Both the position numbers and the translations under genes were made by a program. The notes beneath the pieces are model-generated. The model had not been told where the DNA came from. It did no database searches and saw only the letters and a program-made list of their open reading frames with translations. 64,000 nt of DNA from an uncultured cyanobacterium (GTDB lineage Bacteria; Cyanobacteriota; Cyanobacteriia; CAKZMO01), in assembly GCA_963719515.1 (NCBI GenBank), contig CAVRCJ010000003.1:65705-129704 (forward strand). The letters run 5' to 3'. How positions within the stretch are numbered: position 1 is the first letter of the stretch; the number at the start of each line of letters is the position of its first letter. This document shows, one piece after another, positions 1 through 9,361 of the stretch.

Positions 1-1
1 C

Positions 2-112
2 CGAGCGCATCCGCATCCTCGATGCGGCCTACCTGCAGCAGGCGGCACAGCAGCACCTTAATCCCGAAGCCTACGGCATCGTTGTGACTCGGCCTGCCGC
101 TTCCCATGGCTA
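2..112 (+). CDS. 3' end of an unidentified CDS that enters from upstream of the window
   Basis: The frame is open from the window edge to TAG at 110-112 (ERIRILDAAYLQQAAQQHLNPEAYGIVVTRPAASHG*). The stop overlaps the ATG at 106 of the next gene (ATGGCTAG). No family recognised. Confidence 0.3.
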
Positions 113-1086
113 GCCTGCCGGGAAAGGCGGTAATTCGTCTGGGGCGGTTTGTCTGGAGTCAGCAGTGGCACCTGATGATGTCGCAGATGGCTCCCTCCAG
201 TAAGGCGGGAGACTATGAGCGCCCTAGTAGCCAGTTTCGCAATTCGATTAGGTCCGACAGCATTCATCCGCCCGAGACAAACCGATATCGCCTGATTGCT
301 GGCATGGGCTGTCCCTGGGCGCACCGTACCTTGGTGGTGCGATCGCTCAAAGGCCTAGAGGAGGCGATCGCCGTGACGGTGGTTTCCCCCTCGCCTGAGG
401 AAGGAGGCTGGGTGTTTGACAAGCCTTTCCTGGGGCATCGGGCTTTGGCGGCGCTCTATAAGCAGGCCGTTCCGGGCTACGGCGGTCGCGCCACGGTGCC
501 GGTGCTGTGGGACGACAAGTTGGGGGCGATCGTCAACAACGAGAGCGCCGAGATCATCGTGGTGCTCAACGAGGCCTTTAATGCCTTGTCCCAGCGGGAG
601 CTCGATCTCTATCCGCCTGATCTCAAGGACTCAGTGGACCAATGGAACGCCAAAATCTACCCCGCCGTCAACAACGGTGTCTATCGCTGTGGATTTGCCC
701 AGTCCCAAGAGGCCTACGATCGCGCCTGCGATGAGCTGTTTACGGCTCTCGATGACATTGAGGGCGTGCTAGCTACCCAGCGCTATTTGTGCGGCGATCG
801 CCTTACCCTGGCGGATGTGCGGCTGTTTACAACTCTGTTTCGCTTTGACACGGTGTACTACGGCCTCTTCAAGTGCAGCCGCCGCCGCATTGCGGACTAC
901 GAGCATCTAAGCGGCTACCTGCGGGATATCTACCAGCAAGAGGGCGTCGCGGCGACCTGCAATCTCAACGTCGTCAAGCGAGACTATTACGGCAATCTGT
1001 TTCCCCTCAACCCTGGCGGCCTGATCCCCCAGGGACCGGAGATTGATCTTGGGGCTCCTTGCGATCGCGGTGAACCCCAAATTTAG
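106..1086 (+). CDS. Xi-class glutathione S-transferase / glutathionyl-hydroquinone reductase (YqjG/ECM4 family)
   Basis: 326-aa ORF with the hallmark CPWAHR active-site motif (GMGCPWAHRTL), plus VPVLWD, NNESAEI and NNGVYRCGF. It is colinear with E. coli YqjG as I recall it. Confidence 0.85.
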   Translation: MASLPGKAVIRLGRFVWSQQWHLMMSQMAPSSKAGDYERPSSQFRNSIRSDSIHPPETNRYRLIAGMGCPWAHRTLVVRSLKGLEEAIAVTVVSPSPEEGGWVFDKPFLGHRALAALYKQAVPGYGGRATVPVLWDDKLGAIVNNESAEIIVVLNEAFNALSQRELDLYPPDLKDSVDQWNAKIYPAVNNGVYRCGFAQSQEAYDRACDELFTALDDIEGVLATQRYLCGDRLTLADVRLFTTLFRFDTVYYGLFKCSRRRIADYEHLSGYLRDIYQQEGVAATCNLNVVKRDYYGNLFPLNPGGLIPQGPEIDLGAPCDRGEPQI

Positions 1087-1166
1087 GTACTGGGGCCAAA
1101 AGCATGTTTTTGATGCACCAGCACCAGCGGCGCTGCCAGCCTTGCCGACCTAGCGGCGGCCCCACT

Positions 1167-2207
1167 TTATTCGTCTCGAATTGGAACAAACCCCGCCTCT
1201 TGAATCATCTGCTGGCCCTCATTGGTTAGCAGCAGCTCTGCATATGCATTGGCTACTTCACGCTTAGAGGGGTCACTATTGTCTGAAATCACGTAGAGCT
1301 TTCTCGTGAGGGGGTACTCACCTGACTGAAAGGCTTCGGTGTTAATTTGGTTGCGAGCGTCCGGGCATTGCTCGGGGGGAATGTAAGTGCCTTTATAGGG
1401 CGAAACAATATCCCCCGCTGCGCTAATCAGGGAGAGGGCCTTGATTTCACATTGGGGAATGACCTCAGGCGCTGAGCCGTAGTAGATGCCGCCACGATCT
1501 TGGGAAACCTGCCGCAGCCCCGTGGTCAAAGTGTCGACAAACACAACTGAGTCCCCAAAACCACCTTCGTTCATCACCCGCTTAGCAAAGAACTCTACCG
1601 TACCGCTGTCTTCGCGACGGCGAGTGTAGGGCGTAATCGCTAAGTTAGGTCCGCCAAGGGTTTGCCAGTTTGTAACCCCACCCCGATAAATGCGGTTTAA
1701 GTCAGCAATGCTGAGATGATCAACCGGCAGTTCTGGGTGAACGCTAATGACGATACCGTCAATAGCGACCGAAGTCTCTTTGATCACCAGACCTAGATCT
1801 TTGGCCTGTTGGTATTCTTTTTCCTTGATCTCGCGAGACGATTGGGAAAAAGACAGCTGATTCTTCAGCAGCATTTGAATTCCCGCTCCGGAGCCGGGGG
1901 CCGTCTTTCCATCTTCGGTGTAGCGAAGCACGAAGTTAGGATAACGTTGCTGAATTAGAGAGTCGGCAGTATTTCGGATGGGGGCCCAGGTGGTGCTACC
2001 GCCATAGTCAAACGTTCCCGATGGGACGGAAACATCATCAAATGTAATAGGTTTTGTTAGGGCGTTTTGCGATAGGCTTTTTGGCGTAGTTTCGCTCGAC
2101 CCTGAAGGCGAAGAGGGCCAAAGTGCATAGGCTCCGAATGCCAAAAACGGAGCTACAGCCACCGCCAGTATTAAAGATTCAGTAGAATTCAAGCGTAGTC
2201 GAGACAT
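1167..2207 (-). CDS. PstS-family periplasmic phosphate-binding protein (SphX-like)
   Basis: 346-aa ORF with an N-terminal hydrophobic signal segment. GSGAGIQML and SQSSREIK motifs are typical of PstS-type PBP domains. Confidence 0.7.
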   Translation of the reverse strand: MSRLRLNSTESLILAVAVAPFLAFGAYALWPSSPSGSSETTPKSLSQNALTKPITFDDVSVPSGTFDYGGSTTWAPIRNTADSLIQQRYPNFVLRYTEDGKTAPGSGAGIQMLLKNQLSFSQSSREIKEKEYQQAKDLGLVIKETSVAIDGIVISVHPELPVDHLSIADLNRIYRGGVTNWQTLGGPNLAITPYTRRREDSGTVEFFAKRVMNEGGFGDSVVFVDTLTTGLRQVSQDRGGIYYGSAPEVIPQCEIKALSLISAAGDIVSPYKGTYIPPEQCPDARNQINTEAFQSGEYPLTRKLYVISDNSDPSKREVANAYAELLLTNEGQQMIQEAGFVPIRDE

Positions 2208-2440
2208 AGATCAGAACAAGGGTGGAGGAACAGGTTTGGTAGAGCTCCCCGATCTAAAAACTTGATTTAGAAGTGCTTTGCTGTCCAAGCTTATTACAAG
2301 TATTGCATAAGCTTCCTTATGGCTTGGCAAAAATCCTATAAAGCCAAGATGAATTTCTGCGCTTCACATCGCCTCAGCTCCAATCCGCCGCATCAAGTCG
2401 GTAATAACGATCTCGATACTGAAGTCCACATACTGCAATC

Positions 2441-2481
2441 CGCATAAAAGTAAAGGCGAGCTAAGCTTAGCTCGCCCTTAC
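2441..2481 (-). terminator. Rho-independent terminator downstream of the transaldolase gene
   Basis: A 16-bp inverted repeat with one mismatch, gtaaaggcgagctaag/cttagctcgcccttac (2450-2481), is followed on the minus strand by TTTTAT. Confidence 0.65.
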
Positions 2482-2531
2482 TTTGTGACTGTGGGTCAAC
2501 GCAGTCTAAAAAAGACGATCAGCGCCTAAAG

Positions 2532-3716
2532 CTACGCCGCCGCCGCCGTACCCTGAATTGCTGCCCCCAATCCAGCCGCCATCTCATCGGGGCTAATTTT
2601 GCCGTCGTGGTCAATATCGAGGGCGTCGAACACCGCGTCAGTGCCCATCCACTCTTCGCGGGTGATGAAGCCGTCACCATCAAGGTCGTACACCAAGAAC
2701 ACGTCCTGAGCGGCGTGGCTGATGGTGTTCTCTCCCTCCAGGCGAGCTAGCCGAGAGATCAGCAGCGACTCCAGGGTCTCGATCGCCTTGGAGAAGCCGC
2801 TGATGCCTTCGTCTAGCTTCTCATGGGCCATGCGATCGCTTTGGTGCATCTTGTCGAAGGTGGCTTTGTCTATCGATAGCTTCTCGATATCCATTGACTT
2901 AGATTTCTCAGGGTCGAGCATGCGGGGCAGCTCTTCGGTCGTTTCATCTAGCACCTTCAACAGCTTAGGTGAGATGGTAAGCAGGTCGCAGCCTGCTAGC
3001 TGACGGATTTCGCCAATATTGCGGAAGCTCGCTCCCATAATTTCGGTCTTGTAGCCGAACTTTTGGAAGTAGTTGTAAATGCTGGTCACCGACTCCACCC
3101 CGGGATCTTCCGCCGGGGGATACTCGTCACGCCCGGTTTCTTTTTTGTACCAGTCGAGAATCCGCCCTACAAACGGCGAGATCAGCGTTACGCCAGCTTC
3201 AGCGCAGGCAACGGCCTGGTGTATGCCAAACAGCAGCGTCAGATTGCAGTGGATGCCCTCTTTCTCCAAAGTCTCGGCGGCGCGGATGCCTTCCCAAGTG
3301 GAGGCAATCTTGATCAGCACGCGGTCGGGGTCGGCGCCAGCTTCCTTGTACTGAGCAATGATTGAGTGAGCTTTTTCTAAGGTTGCCTCAGTGTCGTAGG
3401 ACAAGCGAGCGTCAACCTCGGTAGAGACGCGGCCCGGCACAATATCAAGAATGCGCAGACCGAAGGCCACCGACAGCATATCGATGGCTTTACGAACCAC
3501 GTGCTTGGCGCTGGCGTCACTCCCTGCGGACTCACGGGCTGTCTTCAGCGTCTCATCGACAATGTCCTGATACTGCTCCATCTGAGCCGCCGCCGTAATC
3601 AGCGAGGGGTTTGTGGTAGTGTCTTGAGGCTTAAATGTCTTGATCGCCTCGATGTCGCCGGTGTCGGCGACCACGACGGTCATTTTGCGAAGCTGCTCTA
3701 ATAGGCTCTGGGTCAT
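2532..3716 (-). CDS. tal: Transaldolase with a C-terminal pair of EF-hand Ca-binding motifs
   Basis: Transaldolase core ([29 protein letters not shown]). The C-terminus carries [12 protein letters not shown] and [12 protein letters not shown] loops. The start is placed at the ATG at 3716 (MTQSLLEQL), which is preceded by GGAGA. The ORF track extends to 3836. Confidence 0.9.
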   Translation of the reverse strand: MTQSLLEQLRKMTVVVADTGDIEAIKTFKPQDTTTNPSLITAAAQMEQYQDIVDETLKTARESAGSDASAKHVVRKAIDMLSVAFGLRILDIVPGRVSTEVDARLSYDTEATLEKAHSIIAQYKEAGADPDRVLIKIASTWEGIRAAETLEKEGIHCNLTLLFGIHQAVACAEAGVTLISPFVGRILDWYKKETGRDEYPPAEDPGVESVTSIYNYFQKFGYKTEIMGASFRNIGEIRQLAGCDLLTISPKLLKVLDETTEELPRMLDPEKSKSMDIEKLSIDKATFDKMHQSDRMAHEKLDEGISGFSKAIETLESLLISRLARLEGENTISHAAQDVFLVYDLDGDGFITREEWMGTDAVFDALDIDHDGKISPDEMAAGLGAAIQGTAAAA

Positions 3717-3967
3717 AATATCTCCTTGAGTTGGTATCTCTGAAACTTTGGCTATGGGAACGTGACTGCGGAAACGTGACTGCGGGAACGAACGTTGAGC
3801 GCCATACGGATGACTGGGGGTTGGATCCAGAAGCATCCCATGACCTGGACAAACCGTCGCGTTGAATGAGCCGTTTCCAGGTTAATCGCCTTTTGGGAAT
3901 AGTGACCTTAGGAGATTGACCTTCTGACCTCATCTGGGGCTCTAGCTCGGCATATTTTCCCTCAATA

Positions 3968-4900
3968 TCAGCCCTGAGACTGCTGAGAGTTGTCGATGAT
4001 TGAACGCATCCCCTCTACCGTAGCGGGAATACTCTTGGGGTCCATAAACATCACTTTACTGCTGCCGCTCAGACCAATCTGCGTGCCCATCTCCATGTAC
4101 TGCTGCGCCATCAGAAACTGTAGCGCTTCTTGTGTCGAGGGGTCTGACTTGATTTGATTGGTGATAATCTTCAGCGACTCGGCGATCGCTTGGGCCTTGA
4201 GCACCCGCTCTTTTTGCTCGGCCTGCGCCCTTAGCACCACGGCCTCTTGATCTGCTTTAGCCCCTAAAATGCGGGACTCGGCCTGTCCCCGCGCCGAGTT
4301 GATGGCGGCGTCCTTTTCTCCCTCTGAGGTAAGAATTGCCGCCCGCTTGCGCCGCTCAGCGGACATCTGCAGCTCCATGGAGTCCTGGACGTCTTTAGAG
4401 GGGGCAATGTCCCGCAGCTCAACGCGGGTCACCTTAACGCCCCAAGGATCGGTGGCAATATCTAGCTCCCGCAGCAAAATCTCGTTAATTTCAGAGCGGG
4501 CCGTGAACGTCTCGTCTAGCTCTAGCTGGCCGACTTCCGAGCGGATTTGGGTGAGCACCAGGTTGACGATCGCATCGTGGAGGTTTTCCACTTTGTAGAT
4601 TGCCTTTTCCAGGTCCATAATTCGCCAATAGACTACGGCATCGACAGAAATGCTGACGTTGTCCCGGGTAATACACTTTTGGGGTGGGATATCGAGCACC
4701 CGCTCTCGAATAGTCTGCCGATGGACGGCTTCATCTAGAAACGGAATCATCAGGTTTAATCCCGGCTCGAGCTTGCGGCCCGAATAGCGGCCCAGGCGCT
4801 CCACTAAAACCTGGTCCCCTTCTCGGACGATACGGACCGATTTGAGCAGTACTGAGCCGCTCAGCGCTAGGAAAACGAAGAAACCAATAGTACTGCCCAT
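3968..4900 (-). CDS. SPFH/band-7 (stomatin-like) membrane protein
   Basis: 310-aa ORF with an N-terminal TM segment, the SPFH core ([33 protein letters not shown]) and a coiled-coil tail. It is paired with an upstream NfeD gene. Confidence 0.85.
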   Translation of the reverse strand: MGSTIGFFVFLALSGSVLLKSVRIVREGDQVLVERLGRYSGRKLEPGLNLMIPFLDEAVHRQTIRERVLDIPPQKCITRDNVSISVDAVVYWRIMDLEKAIYKVENLHDAIVNLVLTQIRSEVGQLELDETFTARSEINEILLRELDIATDPWGVKVTRVELRDIAPSKDVQDSMELQMSAERRKRAAILTSEGEKDAAINSARGQAESRILGAKADQEAVVLRAQAEQKERVLKAQAIAESLKIITNQIKSDPSTQEALQFLMAQQYMEMGTQIGLSGSSKVMFMDPKSIPATVEGMRSIIDNSQQSQG

Positions 4901-4957
4901 AATAGTTTGCTGTAGATAGGACGGGAGGGTGAAAAGCTTAGCTGAGGGGAGAATGGC

Positions 4958-5446
4958 TTATGGGGTCGACTCAATGTCTCGGTCCGTAGATTCCTTGAGG
5001 CTAGGAAGAGGACGGCCATAGAGCAGCCGCTCTGGCAAAACAAAGAGGGTGTTCCCCTGACGAGATACGATATAGACGGGTTCATCAAGGGCGATCGCCA
5101 TTTCAGGGTCATCACAGCGGGCTTGCCACGATCCCCCCTCGTAGAGAATTCGCCCGGTCTTGCCGGGCAGAATCGCCGTCAGCGTCGTTCCGTGAGCGGC
5201 GTCTTCGATACTTCTGGCCCGCCGCTTCGGCATTACCCGGTGAGCCAGCAGCGTCAGCGCGATAGAGACCACCAGAAATAGAGCGATTTGCAGCGACAGC
5301 TGAGGCACAGCGAGGGCAAACAGCGCCACGATAATGGCGCTGACCCCCAGGGTAAATTCGACAAATGCCGTAGGAACCACCCCCTCCATAATGCATAGGG
5401 TGACGCCCACAACCAGCCAAAATAAAAAGCTAGGGTTTGCTGTCAT
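4958..5446 (-). CDS. NfeD-family membrane protein
   Basis: 162-aa ORF with three N-terminal TM segments and a C-terminal OB-like soluble part (GRILYEGGSWQARC). This is the classic NfeD-SPFH gene pair. Confidence 0.75.
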   Translation of the reverse strand: MTANPSFLFWLVVGVTLCIMEGVVPTAFVEFTLGVSAIIVALFALAVPQLSLQIALFLVVSIALTLLAHRVMPKRRARSIEDAAHGTTLTAILPGKTGRILYEGGSWQARCDDPEMAIALDEPVYIVSRQGNTLFVLPERLLYGRPLPSLKESTDRDIESTP

Positions 5447-5596
5447 CGAAAGTCTTGCAACGCAACAGTCCGCCGCCCAACATCCCGCAGTACCTTACGG
5501 CCCATTATCCTGCAGTCCAGAGTCCGCAGTTTGATTAACCCTAGTCCGGTACCCACGATATCGCGCTAGCTCCACTCTAGCTCAGCTCTCAAAAAC

Positions 5597-7885
5597 GTGA
5601 CTATGCGCTCCCCCTCCCATCGCCTTCCCCGCTCCTCTCCCTATCGCTGGGCGATCGGAGCTCAGGATGTCTCCCCAGGTCAAACCGTCGACAACCGCTA
5701 CATCGTTATCTCGCCCAATATTTGGCGAGATACCCAGCTGGGTCGCCCCACCCCAGAAGTGTTCACCGCTGACGGTGACATCGCCAATAGGGCATTCGCG
5801 CCCCTGCGCCAGAGCTTAACGCCCTATCACCAGCTGCGCCAGCTGCGCTACGCGGCTGTCCAGGCTCATCTGCCGGTGCTCGACACCGTTGCGATGCTCA
5901 ATGGCAGACCCATCCCCCTATTGCGCGGGGCCTTGGACCTAGTCGGCCAGCCCTACCCGACCCTCTACGACCTCTGGAAACAGGCCTCTGGGCCTCAGCA
6001 GCTGACCTGGCTGTGGCAGCTCTGCCCCCTGTGGGAAGCCCTTGTCACCGTGGGCGCAGCCGCTAGCCTGCTGCAGGCCGACAACCTGCGGGTTGATGGC
6101 GATCGCCTGTGTCTATTATCCCTCGTGGGTGACCCGCCCCAAGAGCCATCGTCGTCGCTGCTGGGGCGACTGTGGCTTCCCTGGCTTGCCTATGCTGGGG
6201 CTATTGCCCCGGCGCTGCAGCCCATTGCCCAGCAGCTGCAGACTGCCCCCTCTCCCCAGGGCCTATTTACCGCTGAGTACCAGCTCAACTGTCTGCTCCT
6301 GCAAACCGCAGCCCAGCCCTTTGAGGTAGGGGTGGCGCAGGCGGTTACCGCAGTAGAAGGCGCATCGCCGGTAAGCTACGGAGCTACGGTAGGTCTTCCC
6401 CTTGCGGCAGTCTGCGCTCGCCCCGCCTCCGCCCCGGCCCAACCGTCTGCCCCCCTTGCCTCCCAGATTGTGCAGTCCCTCGCGCTTCAGGTCGAGGTCA
6501 TGGGGGGGGAACTCGCCCGCTGTGGTCTACTCTCCCCCCGTTGGATTGTGCCCCAAATTTTGGCGATGGTGCGGGTGTTAAACAATATTCTTTTAGCCCA
6601 AGAGCTTGATGAGGAGCTGTCTCTAGCGTTTGCGATCGCAATTCCCCAGCCGGTTCCAGCCCTGGATCCACAGCTGGAGAACTCACCCGATTCAGGTCGG
6701 TCATCAGCGCCCAGACCGTCAGCGCCCAGACCGTCAGCGTCCGGACCTCGTGACGCCTCCAATGACTCGGCCCAGGAGGTCTATGTATTCACTACTGGAG
6801 GCAGTTTTGTTTATCTGATGAGGGATGAGGTATGGCAGCGCGTAGTTCCCTCGACTCCCCTATCGACCTTCTTAGGTGAGCGCAGCGATCGCCTCCAGGG
6901 TCAGCTTCAGCGGCTTGTGGTGGAGGGTGACCAGCTCCTGCTCCTCAGCACCTATCCCCTAGATGACTTGCTGAACCAGCGACAGCAACCAGCAGTCGAA
7001 GCCCTAGAATCTGAGACTGTAGATTTAGAGGCGATCGCTCAGTGGGTAATGAGCAAAACCACCTCTAAAGGGGCGGTAGCCATCGCGCTACTTCATCACC
7101 AAAGCGAGCGATCCGCTCGCCCGGTAGACCTCACATCCGCACCAGTACCGTCCGCACCAGTACCGCCCGCGCCCGTATTTCCCGCACCAGTATCGCCCGC
7201 GCCCGTACCGCCCGCGCCCGTACCGCCCATACCTGTAATCTCAGGCAAGACCAACCGCCCCGCCGCCCCTGTATCTATCGCCTCGGGAAATCGCCCTGAG
7301 GTCGAGCGCCCCCCCGCAAACGTCAACAACCCGCCCCCCCCTGCTAGCCCTCCGCCCCGTCAGGTCACCGCCGCTGACTTTGAAGAGGGAAGCGGCATCG
7401 GTGACGATTTCGACAGCGCCGCTTTTGGCGATCTATACAGCAGCGTCAACCTCGTTCGTCCCCGCGAAGACGACAGCATTAACCGCTACATCGACGCCGA
7501 GGTGCGCCCTCCCCGACCCGCTGCCAACACAATCTTGGACCAGGACATCGATCGCGGGCTGTCGACATTAGTCTCGAAGCAGACTCGCCCCAGCGACCCT
7601 GCGCGGCGCGATCGCGCAACCATTGATCTCCCTCAGACCAGTCAGCTCCGGAGAAAACCTGTTTCGACAACGCCAACCCGCAAGCTAACCTCACCTGAGC
7701 AGAACCGGGGCGGGAAATCTCGAGACCGCCGCCCCAAAACTGGACGCCGCAAGCCTAGCCAAAGAAAGCGATGGGCAAGGCTGATGGCGCTGCTGCTGCT
7801 TCTTACTCTAGCGGGAGCCGCTGGCGTCACTCTGGCCTGGCGATCTGACCGGTTTGAGCCATGGCTACCATCACGCCAAGATTAG
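5597..7885 (+). CDS. Large proline-rich conserved cyanobacterial protein with a C-terminal TM anchor
   Basis: 762-aa ORF. The N-terminal region (NRYIVISPNIWRDTQ, LWQLCPLWEAL, LRVDGDRLCLL) resembles a cyanobacterial family that I recall being annotated as PP2C-domain proteins. It has PAPVP and SAPRP low-complexity tracts, a basic tail, and the TM segment LMALLLLLTLAGAAGV. Confidence 0.5.
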   Translation: MTMRSPSHRLPRSSPYRWAIGAQDVSPGQTVDNRYIVISPNIWRDTQLGRPTPEVFTADGDIANRAFAPLRQSLTPYHQLRQLRYAAVQAHLPVLDTVAMLNGRPIPLLRGALDLVGQPYPTLYDLWKQASGPQQLTWLWQLCPLWEALVTVGAAASLLQADNLRVDGDRLCLLSLVGDPPQEPSSSLLGRLWLPWLAYAGAIAPALQPIAQQLQTAPSPQGLFTAEYQLNCLLLQTAAQPFEVGVAQAVTAVEGASPVSYGATVGLPLAAVCARPASAPAQPSAPLASQIVQSLALQVEVMGGELARCGLLSPRWIVPQILAMVRVLNNILLAQELDEELSLAFAIAIPQPVPALDPQLENSPDSGRSSAPRPSAPRPSASGPRDASNDSAQEVYVFTTGGSFVYLMRDEVWQRVVPSTPLSTFLGERSDRLQGQLQRLVVEGDQLLLLSTYPLDDLLNQRQQPAVEALESETVDLEAIAQWVMSKTTSKGAVAIALLHHQSERSARPVDLTSAPVPSAPVPPAPVFPAPVSPAPVPPAPVPPIPVISGKTNRPAAPVSIASGNRPEVERPPANVNNPPPPASPPPRQVTAADFEEGSGIGDDFDSAAFGDLYSSVNLVRPREDDSINRYIDAEVRPPRPAANTILDQDIDRGLSTLVSKQTRPSDPARRDRATIDLPQTSQLRRKPVSTTPTRKLTSPEQNRGGKSRDRRPKTGRRKPSQRKRWARLMALLLLLTLAGAAGVTLAWRSDRFEPWLPSRQD
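6704..6748 (+). repeat. 15-bp in-frame tandem repeat x3 (SAPRP)
   Basis: tcagcgcccagaccg occurs twice exactly, followed by one degenerate copy. It lies inside the 5597-7885 CDS. Confidence 0.85.
7136..7240 (+). repeat. 15-bp in-frame tandem repeat, about 7 units (PAPVP)
   Basis: Units such as ccgcaccagtaccgN and ccgcgcccgtaccgc are repeated head to tail and encode SAPVPSAPVPPAPVFPAPVSPAPVPPAPVPPIPV. Confidence 0.85.
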
Positions 7886-7978
7886 ACCCGGCGTAAGCAA
7901 TGGGCAAAGGGTACTAGGCTGGCTTCGTACTATACTGGCTTCAAATAAGTTATTCAGAGCCAAATTACTAAAAGTCAT

Positions 7979-8203
7979 ATGAAAGTAGGCGAGCGCGTTC
8001 GGGTCAAAGAGTCAGTATTGGTTTATCATCACCCCAAACATCGGAACGAAGCCTTAGATCTCAAAGGCCAAGAGGGGGAAGTGGCGACTATTGCTAGCGA
8101 GTGGAAAGGTCAGGCCATCAGCGCCAACTTTCCTATCCAGGTCAAGTTTGACAAGCGATTCAAAGCCCACTTCCGTGAAGATGAGGTTGAGCTAATCTCC
8201 TAG
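7979..8203 (+). CDS. ftrV: Ferredoxin-thioredoxin reductase variable chain
   Basis: 74-aa ORF with a typical FtrV sequence: MKVGERVRVKESVLVYHHPKHRN ... FPIQVKFDKRFKAHFREDEVELI. Confidence 0.85.
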   Translation: MKVGERVRVKESVLVYHHPKHRNEALDLKGQEGEVATIASEWKGQAISANFPIQVKFDKRFKAHFREDEVELIS

Positions 8204-8243
8204 CCTGACTCGCGCTCGGGCAGTCTTTCTTCCCGAGGCGCTG

Positions 8244-8477
8244 CTAGCGGCAAAACCAGCCCCAAATATTCACCTCGCCCGCCATCTGCTCTAGATCCTG
8301 CCGGTTGCGCTCAGCGAGATCGTAGTACCACTGACAGTACGCTTCAAAAGCCTGCCTGTCGCTAACCTCTCGGTAAAACTGAACCGTAGCCCAAGCGGCC
8401 TCCAGATCGCTGTCCTCAGCAATCGTCTGAGAGGCTGGAAAGGGTCTAGCGTAAAGTGGGTCGCTCATCAAGCCCAC
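8244..8477 (-). CDS. Small hypothetical protein
   Basis: 77-aa ORF whose start overlaps the stop of the upstream DUF218 gene by 10 nt. No family recognised. Confidence 0.4.
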   Translation of the reverse strand: MGLMSDPLYARPFPASQTIAEDSDLEAAWATVQFYREVSDRQAFEAYCQWYYDLAERNRQDLEQMAGEVNIWGWFCR

Positions 8478-9262
8478 CCCCGCAGTCTGTAGACAATCAG
8501 GCCGACGTATTCTTTCATAGCTCGGGTAAAATTTTCCAGGTTTTGGGCAGTGGGCAGAGTTTTAAGAATCTGAGCTTCGCTTGTAATAGGAGCTGCGTTG
8601 GCATCGGTGATTAGAAAGTCCGTTGGAGCCGCCGCCACCTCAATTCCCAACCGCTCAAAGACCGCTAGGGCTCGGGGCATGTGCATCGCAGAGGTCACCA
8701 GCAAAATCTGTTCTAGGCCCTCTTGCTCCAGCAGCCGCTGAACATTGACGGCGTTTTGACGGGTGTTAAGGCTGTCTGGTTCTTGGAGAATGCTGGCTTT
8801 GGGAACGCCCAATACCTCCGCTAGGGACGCCATATCAGCAGACTCAGGCACTTTCACTCCCTCCCAAGCGATACGCCCGCCGCTGAGGATTAGCTTGGGC
8901 GCTTTGTCCTCTCGGTAGAGCTGTGCGCCGTGCAGGACGCGATCGCCCGATTCCATCAGATCTATCCAGGGGCGCGGCGGCAGCTGAGGGCGCACCGCAC
9001 CGCCCAGCACTACGATAGCATCCACCTCGGGCAGTTCAGGTAAGGGCCGGTAGCGCCACTCTAAAGACTGCACGAGGGCGTCCGAAACCCAGCTGCTGCT
9101 GGGAATAAGGAGGACCAGCAGCGCCAGCCCCAAGGGTAATACCGCGAGCCGAGACCGCCACCACAGCATAGCCAATGCGACTACCATCAGCAGGCTGGCT
9201 AGCCCCAGGGGATAGATCAACGTCGGCAACAGCTTCGACAGAAATAGAAACATGGGCGACAA
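8468..9262 (-). CDS. YdcF/ElyC-like DUF218 protein
   Basis: 264-aa ORF with N-terminal TM segments and the DUF218 core (DAIVVLGG, LILSGG, TRQNA, LLVTSAMHMPRA). Confidence 0.75.
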   Translation of the reverse strand: MSPMFLFLSKLLPTLIYPLGLASLLMVVALAMLWWRSRLAVLPLGLALLVLLIPSSSWVSDALVQSLEWRYRPLPELPEVDAIVVLGGAVRPQLPPRPWIDLMESGDRVLHGAQLYREDKAPKLILSGGRIAWEGVKVPESADMASLAEVLGVPKASILQEPDSLNTRQNAVNVQRLLEQEGLEQILLVTSAMHMPRALAVFERLGIEVAAAPTDFLITDANAAPITSEAQILKTLPTAQNLENFTRAMKEYVGLIVYRLRGWA

Positions 9263-9361
9263 TGCCTTCTGTTGAGAGCGGTACCTTGATTTCGAGTAGC
9301 GCGCGCTGCTCGATGTAAGCGTAGGGCGAATTAAGCGCTGCTCGACTGAGCCAACCTGAGT

